The notes under the pieces were generated by a model. It was not told the DNA's origin. It saw only the letters and a program-made list of their open reading frames with translations, and searched no databases. Below, piece by piece: positions 28,759-37,627 of a DNA stretch of 64,000 bases (position 1 is its first letter; every line of letters begins with the position of its first letter). Source of the DNA: Candidatus Minusculum obligatum (GTDB lineage Bacteria > Patescibacteriota > Minisyncoccia > Phycocordibacterales > Phycocordibacteraceae). Location of the stretch: the NCBI GenBank assembly GCA_045401155.1, contig CP174360.1, positions 11,072-75,071 on the forward strand. Reading direction: 5' to 3'. Position numbers and translations under genes: made by a program.

Positions 28759-29130
28759 TTACACTACTTCTGGAGCAGATGAAAGGATCTTCTGGTACCC
28801 AGCTTCTCCTAGCTCTCGAGGCACTGGACCGAAAATACGGTTTGCCTTTGGCTCTGGCTTCTCCTTATCAATAAGTACGACCGCATTCTCATCAAATCGA
28901 ATGTAGCTTCCATCCTTTCGACGGAATGGTGCGCGCTGACGCACAACTACCGCATGGTGCACATCCTTCTTCTTTACGTTCTTTCGAGGCTCCGCAGTCT
29001 GAATTGAAACCACCACCTTATCTCCGATACGAGCGTAACGCCTTTTAGATCCTCCTAGCACCTTGAATACTCGGGCAATCTTACCTCCTGAGTTATCTGC
29101 TACTTTAACGATTGATTGTGGCTGAATCAT
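28759..29130 (-). CDS. rplN: 50S ribosomal protein L14
   Basis: VADNSG, IRFDENA, RIFGPV.REL. Confidence 0.97.
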   Translation of the reverse strand: MIQPQSIVKVADNSGGKIARVFKVLGGSKRRYARIGDKVVVSIQTAEPRKNVKKKDVHHAVVVRQRAPFRRKDGSYIRFDENAVVLIDKEKPEPKANRIFGPVPRELGEAGYQKILSSAPEVV

Positions 29131-29131
29131 A

Positions 29132-29386
29132 TTACTCGCTTACTAGGGTAAACCGCTTTAGTTTTGAAATTGGACGACCCTCCTTGATTGAAACCTTTGC
29201 TCCAACCTCTGCAGTATTACCTGGATTGTGTACCAAAAACTTCTTTGATCGCTTCTGATACTTCTTGTACTTAGGATGCTTCACGTATCGAGATACCTCA
29301 ACTGTAATCGTATCCTTAGCCGCATTCTTAACAACCGTACCCTTTAGTACTTTTCCGTTGCTCTCTTTTGTTACGTCATTACTCAT
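29132..29386 (-). CDS. rpsQ: 30S ribosomal protein S17
   Basis: [15 protein letters not shown]. Confidence 0.95.
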   Translation of the reverse strand: MSNDVTKESNGKVLKGTVVKNAAKDTITVEVSRYVKHPKYKKYQKRSKKFLVHNPGNTAEVGAKVSIKEGRPISKLKRFTLVSE

Positions 29387-29387
29387 A

Positions 29388-29564
29388 TTACTTTGTGCGG
29401 CTATTTAGCTCTGTCTTAATGCGTGCAATCTCCTTTCGGACATTCTTGTGCGCCTTAGGATCTTTCTTCTCTGCAACACCAAAACGGATCTTGCGAATAT
29501 CCTCCTGCTTCTCGCGCAGTAGTTTATTCAAATCTTTATCATTCTTTTTCGCTAGATCAGTCAT
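29388..29564 (-). CDS. rpmC: 50S ribosomal protein L29
   Basis: RKEIARIKT; ATG 29564 1 nt after rplP stop. Confidence 0.9.
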   Translation of the reverse strand: MTDLAKKNDKDLNKLLREKQEDIRKIRFGVAEKKDPKAHKNVRKEIARIKTELNSRTK

Positions 29565-29565
29565 A

Positions 29566-29991
29566 TTACAGTTCACGCTTCGCAAATGTGCTCTTAAATG
29601 GAAGCTTTGCACCAGCCTTTCGGAAAGCCTCACGTGCCATTGCCTCAGGTACACCATCAAGCTCAAAGATCACTCGACCAGGACGCACCTCAAAGATGAA
29701 TCGCTGTGGATCTCCCTTACCCTTACCCATACCTACCTCAGCGGCCTTCTGGGTTTGTGGCTTGTCTGGGAATACTCGAATCCAACTCTTTCCAATCTTC
29801 CCTGTTGATCGGCTAATCACCTTTCGAGCAGCCTCAATCTGATTTGAAGAAAGACGTCCAGGGCTTGTAGCCTTAAGACCGTACGCTCCAAACGCAACTG
29901 TTGTACCACGTGTATCAGGACGCGCAAGCTTCTCAGGAGACTTTCGTCCTGTCTGCCACTTTCGGTGTTTTACTTTCTTAGGAAACAACAT
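29566..29991 (-). CDS. rplP: 50S ribosomal protein L16
   Basis: QIEAARK, WIRVFPDKP, MGKGKG. Confidence 0.96.
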   Translation of the reverse strand: MLFPKKVKHRKWQTGRKSPEKLARPDTRGTTVAFGAYGLKATSPGRLSSNQIEAARKVISRSTGKIGKSWIRVFPDKPQTQKAAEVGMGKGKGDPQRFIFEVRPGRVIFELDGVPEAMAREAFRKAGAKLPFKSTFAKREL

Positions 29992-29995
29992 AGGC

Positions 29996-30661
29996 TTAAT
30001 TCTTATCTTCGAAGATGTCTCCTCGGTAGATCCATACCTTAATTCCAATCACACCGTATGGAAGGTTTGCGCGCTCGTATGCAAAATCAATATCTGCGCG
30101 GAATGTCTGCAGAGGAATTCGACCCTTCTTAAGCTCCTCCTTTCGAGCCATGTCAGCTCCACCAAGACGACCACTCATCACGATTCGTACTCCCTGCACA
30201 TCACGATTAGCCATCACCTTCTCTACAGTCTGTTTCATTACACGACGGAATGGAAGACGCTTCTCAAGTCCCTCAGTAATCATGTACGCTACTACTGCAG
30301 CATTACTCTCTGGAGACTTAACCTCTACTACATCAAACTTAACCTCTGGCATTACCTCTGGTTTTTCCTTTCGGATAACTGCCTCAAGCTGCTTCTTCAC
30401 CTTTGTCGCATTCTCTCCTGATCGTCCGATCACAAGTCCTGGTCGAGATGTATTAACGATTACGCGAATATCCTTCTCTCCTCGCTCAATCTCAATATCA
30501 GCAACGTACATTCCTCGAAGTGCCTTCTCTAGGAACTTACGAACCGCAGCATCAATACGCACGTTCTCACGATACTTGTCCTTTCCACCTGCAAACCATC
30601 GGCTCTTCCAGCCACGGATGATTCCAAGTCGTTGTGCGTATGGGTGTACTACGTGTGTCAT
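29996..30661 (-). CDS. rpsC: 30S ribosomal protein S3
   Basis: RPGLVIG, GRLGGA, GVIGIKVWI. Confidence 0.97.
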   Translation of the reverse strand: MTHVVHPYAQRLGIIRGWKSRWFAGGKDKYRENVRIDAAVRKFLEKALRGMYVADIEIERGEKDIRVIVNTSRPGLVIGRSGENATKVKKQLEAVIRKEKPEVMPEVKFDVVEVKSPESNAAVVAYMITEGLEKRLPFRRVMKQTVEKVMANRDVQGVRIVMSGRLGGADMARKEELKKGRIPLQTFRADIDFAYERANLPYGVIGIKVWIYRGDIFEDKN

Positions 30662-30662
30662 A

Positions 30663-30980
30663 TTATTTCTTCTTAAGAGTTACCTTAATGTGACTCTTCT
30701 CTTTTCTAAGCGGTGTAGCTCGTCCACGTGCTCGTGGAAGCCATCGCTTAAGGGTCATACCCTTGTCCACTGTAATATTCTCAATTACAAGTGCGTCAGT
30801 ATTTTTTTCTCCTGAGTTAGCTGCAGCTGAAGCAATAAGTTTCTTCACTTCATCTGCACCTTTCTTCTTTACAAAAGGAAGCATCTCTAGCGCCTCAGAT
30901 ACGCTCTTTCCTTTCACAAGGTCAGTTACCAAACGAACTTTTCGTGGTGCCTGATTATGATTTTTAAGAAATGCTTTCAT
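30663..30980 (-). CDS. rplV: 50S ribosomal protein L22
   Basis: APRKVRLV, PRARGRA. Confidence 0.96.
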   Translation of the reverse strand: MKAFLKNHNQAPRKVRLVTDLVKGKSVSEALEMLPFVKKKGADEVKKLIASAAANSGEKNTDALVIENITVDKGMTLKRWLPRARGRATPLRKEKSHIKVTLKKK

Positions 30981-30987
30981 AGGTTAT

Positions 30988-31320
30988 TTAGGCGGCTGCT
31001 GCCTTTGCGGCCTTAGCTGCTGCAATCTCAGCCTCCTTTCTCTTCTGTTCAAGCTCCTTGGCCATCTTACCTCCGTGAGTGATGAACTTCTTTGTTGGAG
31101 AAAATTCTCCAAGTCGGTGTCCTACCATCTCGTCAGTAACAAGTACCTGTACGTGATCTTTTCCATTGTGCACGCCAAAGGTAAATCCAACCATTTCTGG
31201 TGCAATCTGACTTGCGCGTGCCCATGTATTAATAACCCCAGTTTCCTCAGGTTTCTTCCCCTCAATCTTCTTGAGAAGCTTAATATCAACGTATGGTCCT
31301 TTTTTAATTGATCGTGCCAT
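30988..31320 (-). CDS. rpsS: 30S ribosomal protein S19 with Ala/Lys-rich tail
   Basis: [21 protein letters not shown]. Confidence 0.96.
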   Translation of the reverse strand: MARSIKKGPYVDIKLLKKIEGKKPEETGVINTWARASQIAPEMVGFTFGVHNGKDHVQVLVTDEMVGHRLGEFSPTKKFITHGGKMAKELEQKRKEAEIAAAKAAKAAAA

Positions 31321-31460
31321 AAAACAAAAGCTCGAACTCGAGCGTGGGGCTATGCTACTTGATTTAATCCCTAATGTCAAACCTTTCTGAAGTGATTTCC
31401 TTGCTTTTGACACATATCTTGGTATATGGTGCTCCAAGATCAGCACAAAGAGGTATAAAC

Positions 31461-31847
31461 ATGACTGTAGTAGCGCTTGAATCGGACGATTCTCTTCGCG
31501 AGAAAGTCCAAAAAGGCATTCGTTGGCTCAATGAAAATGAAGAAACGCCAACAGACTGGAAATATCGCTTGTTTTCAAGCGATGGAGAATTCCGTTTCCT
31601 GGGACAGCTTTGCATAGCAGAGACAAGTATTCTGCCACTCATATTCAAGGATGACCTTGGAGACGAGGTAATTCCCAGCGATGTCGGCATTTGTGCCCAT
31701 TTTGAAATGAGCCATGAATTCCGCGTCAATCATGGATTCTTCGTTAATGTGAGCGATGAACGACTCATCCAGCGACTCAACAAAATCTGGGAACTCGAAC
31801 TTCGAGCAGAAATCGAGAAAGACGCCGGCGACGGCTCTCTCTGGTAA
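31461..31847 (+). CDS. Orphan protein, first of two-gene cassette between rplB and rpsS
   Basis: TTGACA at 31407, AGAGGT SD before ATG 31461. Confidence 0.72.
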   Translation: MTVVALESDDSLREKVQKGIRWLNENEETPTDWKYRLFSSDGEFRFLGQLCIAETSILPLIFKDDLGDEVIPSDVGICAHFEMSHEFRVNHGFFVNVSDERLIQRLNKIWELELRAEIEKDAGDGSLW

Positions 31848-31862
31848 TACAGGGGAAACGAA

Positions 31863-32108
31863 ATGACAGAACTGCTCCGCATCAAAGACCTTTCGGAAGA
31901 AGACAAGAAGGAATATTATCGGATCAAGAACCAACTTGATACGCAGCACTCCTCTGTTTTCGATGGACTCAAAGAAAGACTTCGGGCGATCCAGCACATA
32001 CAGCCTTACAACAACAGAAAATGGACGCTCTATTTCCAAGATTCCATCATCCGATGGATGATGTTCTCCAAGAACCCCGACCTTATCGAGTGGCCAGCGA
32101 TCATCTGA
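31863..32108 (+). CDS. Orphan protein, second of two-gene cassette
   Basis: AGGGGA SD; hairpin 32120-32145 shared with convergent rplB. Confidence 0.72.
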   Translation: MTELLRIKDLSEEDKKEYYRIKNQLDTQHSSVFDGLKERLRAIQHIQPYNNRKWTLYFQDSIIRWMMFSKNPDLIEWPAII

Positions 32109-32148
32109 CCAAAACTACAAAAAGCGACCCTTGCGGGTCGCTTTTCTA

Positions 32149-32991
32149 CTATCGTCGCTTTCCAACCTTTCGGCGAGAAACGATAAGCTTGTTTGAGTAT
32201 TTCTTTGGTGCTCGTGTCTTCTGTCCCTTTCCAGCGGGCTTTCCCCACTTGGTTCGCTGACGTCGGTGTCCACGACCTGCACGCCCCTCTCCTCCTCCAT
32301 GAGGGTGATCATGCGCTCCCATGGCAGATCCACGCACAACTGGGCGTCGTCCCATGCGTCGTGCTCGTCCTGCGGTACCAATACGCACAAGAGAGTGCTC
32401 TTCATTTGAAACGCTTCCGACAGTAGCCCAAGCAGTATCTACGATCTTTCGAATCTCAGATGATGGAAGTTTAATCTGTACGTATCCTCCATCGTGCGCC
32501 TGTACTTCAGCATAGTTTCCAGCTGATCGTACGATCTTAGCTCCACCATTTGGCTTAAGCTCAATATTGTATACAAATGTACCTGTAGGAATCTTCTTAA
32601 GTGGTAGACGGTTTCCAACAGTTGGCTTTACCTTCTCAGATACGGTAAACGTATCTCCAACCTTAACGCTCTTAGGCGCAAGGATGTATCGTCGCTCTCC
32701 ATCTGCGTATACCACACGTGCAATGAATCCTGATCGGTTTGGATCGTACTCTAGTGTCTCAATACGTGCTGGAATATCCTTCTTATCAAGTAGGAAGTCG
32801 ATATCTCGATACTTTCGCTTCACTCCACCTCCTCGGTGTCGTGTAGTGATTCGCCCTCCAGAGTTTCGTCCAGAATTATTCTTTCGCCCCTTTGTAAGAG
32901 ACTTCATCGGCTTGTCACCTGAAAGCAGCTCCCGGTAGTTGATCCCGGTCATGTCTCGTCGTCCTGCTGATGTTGGTTTAAATTTCTTCAT
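32149..32991 (-). CDS. rplB: 50S ribosomal protein L2
   Basis: RHRGGG, EYDPNRS, DHPHGGGEG. Confidence 0.97.
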   Translation of the reverse strand: MKKFKPTSAGRRDMTGINYRELLSGDKPMKSLTKGRKNNSGRNSGGRITTRHRGGGVKRKYRDIDFLLDKKDIPARIETLEYDPNRSGFIARVVYADGERRYILAPKSVKVGDTFTVSEKVKPTVGNRLPLKKIPTGTFVYNIELKPNGGAKIVRSAGNYAEVQAHDGGYVQIKLPSSEIRKIVDTAWATVGSVSNEEHSLVRIGTAGRARRMGRRPVVRGSAMGAHDHPHGGGEGRAGRGHRRQRTKWGKPAGKGQKTRAPKKYSNKLIVSRRKVGKRR

Positions 32992-32997
32992 ACGCTA

Positions 32998-33375
32998 TTA
33001 GATAAGCTGTAGTCGCTCTCCATCTTTTAGAGTTACGTACGCCTTCTTTACGCCACTCTTTGTACCACGCTTCCCCTTTGTTCGTCGAGATGCCTCCTTT
33101 CCTGGAGTCTTTGCCATATTTACAGCAGTAACCTCAACCTTAAATGCCTCCTTAACAGCACGCTTCACATCCTGCTTTGTAGCTTTTGGATATACATCAA
33201 ATACGTACACGTTCTTTGTCCCTGCAAGAAGCGCCTTCTCTGTAAGGTGTGGCTTCACGAGGATATTAGCTGGAACAATTCCAGTCTCAGAAATAGTCTT
33301 AGGTGCATCCTTCTTTACAGGAGCCTCCTCTGTTTTCTTCTCTTCCTTCTTTTTATCGTTTCCAAAAATTCCCAT
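32998..33375 (-). CDS. rplW: 50S ribosomal protein L23
   Basis: P.LTEKA, KKAYVTL; charged N-terminal extension. Confidence 0.95.
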   Translation of the reverse strand: MGIFGNDKKKEEKKTEEAPVKKDAPKTISETGIVPANILVKPHLTEKALLAGTKNVYVFDVYPKATKQDVKRAVKEAFKVEVTAVNMAKTPGKEASRRTKGKRGTKSGVKKAYVTLKDGERLQLI

Positions 33376-33378
33376 ACG

Positions 33379-34065
33379 CTATTTCTTACGACCAGTAAGT
33401 ACTGTAACTGCCTCAGTTGGATTCTCAATCACAAGATACTTGTGTCCTAGCACCTCAACTGGGTTTAGGTTTCGAACCTCAGATACATCAACTCGCTTGA
33501 TGTTTGCAAAACTCTTCTTAACTGCCTCAGTCTTCTCAACTGGAGCAATAAGAGCCGCATTCTTCTCCTTTCCTAGCCCCTCGAAGTGCTTCTCAAGGTT
33601 CTTTAGGAAAATATCTGCATCCTTTGTCTTAGGAGCTGAAAGATTCATGTTGTCTACGAAAATAATCTCTCCATCCGCTAGCTTTTGTGAAAGCGCCACA
33701 AATAGAGCCTTTACACGCATCTTCTTTGAGATTGCCTTTGTGTAGTCCTTCTCATTTCGAGGACCAAAGGTAACACCTCCTGTTCGCCAAATTGGAGAAC
33801 GAGATGACCCATGTCGAGCACGCCCTGTACCCTTTTGCCGCCATGGCTTCTTTCCACCTCCAGAAACCTCACTTCGGTCCTTTGTGTGAGCAGTACCAAA
33901 TCGAGCATTGCTCTGCATTCCAGTAACTACCTGGTGTACGAGATCTGCATTCCAAGGAAGTCCAAAGATTGTCTCTGGAAGATCAATAGATCCAGCCTCC
34001 TTACCTTCTACAGAGTAGATAGGTGCTGAAAGCTTTGTATTCTTCTTTGTTGTTGAATCAGCCAT
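33379..34065 (-). CDS. rplD: 50S ribosomal protein L4
   Basis: KPWRQKGTGRARHGS. Confidence 0.97.
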   Translation of the reverse strand: MADSTTKKNTKLSAPIYSVEGKEAGSIDLPETIFGLPWNADLVHQVVTGMQSNARFGTAHTKDRSEVSGGGKKPWRQKGTGRARHGSSRSPIWRTGGVTFGPRNEKDYTKAISKKMRVKALFVALSQKLADGEIIFVDNMNLSAPKTKDADIFLKNLEKHFEGLGKEKNAALIAPVEKTEAVKKSFANIKRVDVSEVRNLNPVEVLGHKYLVIENPTEAVTVLTGRKK

Positions 34066-34066
34066 A

Positions 34067-34687
34067 TTACTTTGCGATAACCTCGATTAGGGTTCCCTTT
34101 CGTCCAGGAACAGCCCCCTTAACCATAAGCGTATTATTCTCTGCATCTACCGCAACAATCTCAAGATTCTTCACGGTAATCATGTCAGATCCCATACGCC
34201 CCGGCATCTTTCGACCCTTTGCAACGCGTCCACCATCTCCAGCTCCTCCTCCAATAGAACCTGGTGATCGCTCAGTATGCTTTTGTCCGTGAGATCGAGG
34301 ACCTCCACGGAAGTTATATCGCTTTACCACTCCCTGGAATCCCTTACCTTTTGAAATTCCACGAACGGTAACGACATCTCCTTTCTCAAATACTGAAGCG
34401 TCGATAGTATCACCCGCCTTTAGTTCAGTTTCATCTACACGAAACTCTCGTACCTCACTCTTAGGAGCAACATTTGCCTTCTTAAAGTGCCCCAGAAGCG
34501 CCTTATTTAGACGTGACTCCTTCTGATCCTTAAATGCTACCTGTACAGCAGCGTACCCATCAGTCTCTCCAGTCTTAACCTGAGTAACTGAAACAGGCCC
34601 CGCTGAAATTACGGTAGCAGGAAATACTCGACCACTTTCGTCGAATACTTGAGTCATTCCTTCTTTTGTTCCAAGAATAAATTTCAT
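34067..34687 (-). CDS. rplC: 50S ribosomal protein L3
   Basis: GMTQVF, SKGKGFQG, MPGRMG. Confidence 0.97.
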   Translation of the reverse strand: MKFILGTKEGMTQVFDESGRVFPATVISAGPVSVTQVKTGETDGYAAVQVAFKDQKESRLNKALLGHFKKANVAPKSEVREFRVDETELKAGDTIDASVFEKGDVVTVRGISKGKGFQGVVKRYNFRGGPRSHGQKHTERSPGSIGGGAGDGGRVAKGRKMPGRMGSDMITVKNLEIVAVDAENNTLMVKGAVPGRKGTLIEVIAK

Positions 34688-34797
34688 GAAAAAATGCGCT
34701 CAATGGCGCAAAAACTTATTTCAAGTTTCTTGCCATTGGTCTCCCACTTGGGGTACGTAGCGTGTGAGCACTATACACGAATATTTTTAGGATGCAA
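34688..34797 (-). promoter_or_regulatory. rplC promoter and structured leader
   Basis: TTGCAT..TG-TATAGT; nested pairs caatggc/gccattg, aagaaactt/aagttttt, gctca/tgagc. Confidence 0.6.
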
Positions 34798-34845
34798 ATA
34801 GAAAACCGCCGACAAGAGGTTTGGACTCTTGCAGGCGGTTTTTGA

Positions 34846-35175
34846 TTAAAGCAGAATTCCTGCTCCTTTTATATTCTTGGGGATCCTTCGCCCCTGCTCC
34901 TTTTCCCATCCTGAAACTAAGATGGCGTCATAAAGAGCCAGGGACATCATAAACATCCCAAAAATAGTGTTCGCCAAAAACGCAAGTATTACGTTTATCG
35001 CAGTCGCCTCAAAAGCAACCATGTCTCCATCGCTCGAGAGAACAAGAAGCGCCTCAAAAGCAGCAGCGATGAGCAGTGCCCCCGCGAATAGCTGGAGAAA
35101 TAGGCCGCTCCTATAATCGTCCATGAGAAACCGTATACCACTCAGCAGAGCGAGCATAATTCCAAGTTCAATCAT
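34846..35175 (-). CDS. Orphan multi-TM protein (cassette) between rpsJ and rplC
   Basis: TTGACA-17-TACCTT, AGGAGGT SD, hairpin 34802-34843. Confidence 0.75.
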   Translation of the reverse strand: MIELGIMLALLSGIRFLMDDYRSGLFLQLFAGALLIAAAFEALLVLSSDGDMVAFEATAINVILAFLANTIFGMFMMSLALYDAILVSGWEKEQGRRIPKNIKGAGILL

Positions 35176-35278
35176 TTCAACCTCCTAGAAAGATCGTTTA
35201 CTCGAAGGTACGTGCTTTTGTTCGCCGTGTCAAACAAAAACACCCCCATCCGGGGGTGTTTTTGTAATCTCTCTAGAT

Positions 35279-35626
35279 TTAGCTCATCTTCACTTCAATC
35301 GATACTCCAGATGGAAGTGAAAGATTGGTAAGCGCATCAATGATCTTTGGATTTGGATTCATGATGTCAATCAGACGTTTGTGAACCCGCATCTCAAATT
35401 GTTCTCGCGCATCTTTGAATACGAAGCTAGATCGATTCACTGTGTAGCGCTTAATTTCAGTTGGAAGCGGAATTGGTCCGACTACCTCAGCATCAAAGCG
35501 AAGTGCCGTATCCATAATCTGCTTCACTGAAAGGTCTAGAACCTTGTGCTCGTAGGCACGAACACGAATGCGAAGCTTCGGCACGCTAGGCGCTTTGCTG
35601 CTCTCTTTTTTCGTTTCCGTTGCCAT
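35279..35626 (-). CDS. rpsJ: 30S ribosomal protein S10
   Basis: [22 protein letters not shown]; terminator 35234-35264. Confidence 0.96.
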   Translation of the reverse strand: MATETKKESSKAPSVPKLRIRVRAYEHKVLDLSVKQIMDTALRFDAEVVGPIPLPTEIKRYTVNRSSFVFKDAREQFEMRVHKRLIDIMNPNPKIIDALTNLSLPSGVSIEVKMS

Positions 35627-35655
35627 AGTGTTTACAAAGTTCTAATTAGTAAGTG

Positions 35656-36849
35656 TTAGGCAACAACCTTAGTTACCACACCAGCTCCCACAGTCTTTCC
35701 TCCCTCTCGAACGGCAAATCGTTGTCCGTCCTCAAGAGCAACTGGAGATGTAAGCTTTACCTTAAAGGTAACCGTATCTCCTGGCATAACCATCTCTGTT
35801 CCCTCTGCTAGAGTTACGTCTCCGGTTACGTCAGTTGTTCGGATGTAGAACTGAGGCTTGTATCCTGAGAAGAATGGTGTGTGACGTCCTCCCTCCTCCT
35901 TTGATAGAACGTATACTTCAGCCTCAAACTCAGTGTGAGGTGTTACTGATCCAGGGATCGCAAGCACCTGTCCTCGGTGGATCTCCTCCTTCTTTGTTCC
36001 TCGAAGAAGAATTCCGGCGTTGTCTCCAGCCTGAGCTGAATCAAGCTGCTTGTTGAACATCTCAACTCCTGTAACCGTAGTCTTGGTAGTATCTTGGATT
36101 CCAACGATTTCAATCTCGTCTCCAACCTTGATCTCACCTCGCTCTACACGACCAGTTACTACTGTACCTCGTCCTTCGATTGAGAAGATGTCCTCGATCG
36201 GCATAAGGAATGGCTTGTCTGTCTCTCGCTCTGGTAGCGGGAAGTACTCATCCATAGCCTTTACAAGGTCAAGAACCTTAGCTCCGAACTCTCCCTTAGG
36301 ATCCTCTAGAGCCTTAAGTCCTGATCCACGGATAACAGGAGCGTTTTCTCCATCAAAGTCATACTTTGTAAGAAGTTCACGCACCTCCTCCTCCACAAGA
36401 TCTACAAGATCAGCGTCTTCTACCTGATCTACCTTGTTTAGGAACACAATAATCTTAGGCACTCCAACCTGCTTTGCAAGAAGGATATGCTCTCGTGTCT
36501 GTGGCATCACTCCGTCTGAAGCTGCTACCACTAGTACCGCACCGTCCATCTGAGCCGCACCGGTAATCATGTTCTTGATGTAGTCGGCGTGACCTGGGGC
36601 GTCGATGTGCGCGTAGTGACGAGTTGGTGACTCGTACTCGTTGTGAGAAAGGGCAATAGTAATTCCTCGCTCCTTCTCCTCTGGGGCGTTGTCAATCTGA
36701 TCAACTCCCTTCATGCTTGAGCTATATCCGTCTCCAGTCTCGTGAAGAACGTTTAGGATCGCAGCAGTAAGCGTAGTCTTTCCGTGGTCAACGTGACCAA
36801 TAGTTCCTACGTTTACGTGTGGCTTTGATCGGTCAAATGCATCTGCCAT
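35656..36849 (-). CDS. tuf: Elongation factor Tu
   Basis: [27 protein letters not shown]. Confidence 0.98.
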   Translation of the reverse strand: MADAFDRSKPHVNVGTIGHVDHGKTTLTAAILNVLHETGDGYSSSMKGVDQIDNAPEEKERGITIALSHNEYESPTRHYAHIDAPGHADYIKNMITGAAQMDGAVLVVAASDGVMPQTREHILLAKQVGVPKIIVFLNKVDQVEDADLVDLVEEEVRELLTKYDFDGENAPVIRGSGLKALEDPKGEFGAKVLDLVKAMDEYFPLPERETDKPFLMPIEDIFSIEGRGTVVTGRVERGEIKVGDEIEIVGIQDTTKTTVTGVEMFNKQLDSAQAGDNAGILLRGTKKEEIHRGQVLAIPGSVTPHTEFEAEVYVLSKEEGGRHTPFFSGYKPQFYIRTTDVTGDVTLAEGTEMVMPGDTVTFKVKLTSPVALEDGQRFAVREGGKTVGAGVVTKVVA

Positions 36850-37020
36850 ATTAGTAAAACTATTTATTTATTAATTTGCTTTTAGAAGCAGTGAGGTGGG
36901 CGCGAGAACAACCGTGCCACTTCACTACCTCCGTACATACAAGCGCTCCGTAAAATTACGGAAAATAAAAGGCGCTTCTATGCGTTAGCCGTATCCTACA
37001 CGAGCAAATACAAAGGTCAA
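36850..37020 (-). promoter_or_regulatory. tuf promoter and two-hairpin 5' leader
   Basis: TTGACC-16-TAGGAT; aagcgc..tccgtaa/ttacggagcgctt and agtga..ggcacg/cgcgcc..tcact stems. Confidence 0.6.
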
Positions 37021-37051
37021 GCCCCGGATCGCTGATCCGGGGCTACTGAAC

Positions 37052-37513
37052 TTATACGCACATACTTTTGTGCAAAGAAAGCACGGCACTGATGTTCGGA
37101 AGGCGCATTTCTACGCTTCTGAAGATCTGCCGAGCTGTCTCTGCGCCAGAAAGTATGTCAACAGGGCGATACAGCTCCCAAATAATGGCATCTGCACTGG
37201 AATCAGGCACAAAGCCTTCTTCCCAGCCAGCCGCACGTGGCTTTTCACGAGAAATCAGAGTGCTCACCCCGAGCATTCGGACATGCAACCCGTCAAAAAA
37301 CACGCGCGCGAGAAGAAGAAGCTCCCCTTCCTCAAGCCCAAGATTCCACCAAATGGGCACGCTTTCGAGACCCACAGGCACAGCTACGTGTATCTGATTT
37401 CCCGAAGTTTCTACAGGAATCCTTCTGCTGACGAACATAGAGAGAATGCTCGCACGTATTGCAGAAATAGGATCTTCGCCATTTTCGGCGCTACCGCACA
37501 CAACATCACGCAT
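37052..37513 (-). CDS. Orphan protein (cassette) between fusA and tuf
   Basis: TG-TATGCT -10, GGAGGGAG SD, hairpin 37020-37044. Confidence 0.7.
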   Translation of the reverse strand: MRDVVCGSAENGEDPISAIRASILSMFVSRRIPVETSGNQIHVAVPVGLESVPIWWNLGLEEGELLLLARVFFDGLHVRMLGVSTLISREKPRAAGWEEGFVPDSSADAIIWELYRPVDILSGAETARQIFRSVEMRLPNISAVLSLHKSMCV

Positions 37514-37627
37514 GACTCCCTCCATGAAATTTGCTTTCCTACCATTTAGCATACACCCAAAACACGCTCAGCAAAAGAAAAACACCCACCAAATGGGTGT
37601 TTTTCTTTATTTTGCAATATAGATTCC

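Noticed and set aside
37068-37549. Plus-strand ORFs as the real gene between fusA and tuf
   Set aside because: The minus-strand frame has the SD, -10 box and downstream hairpin
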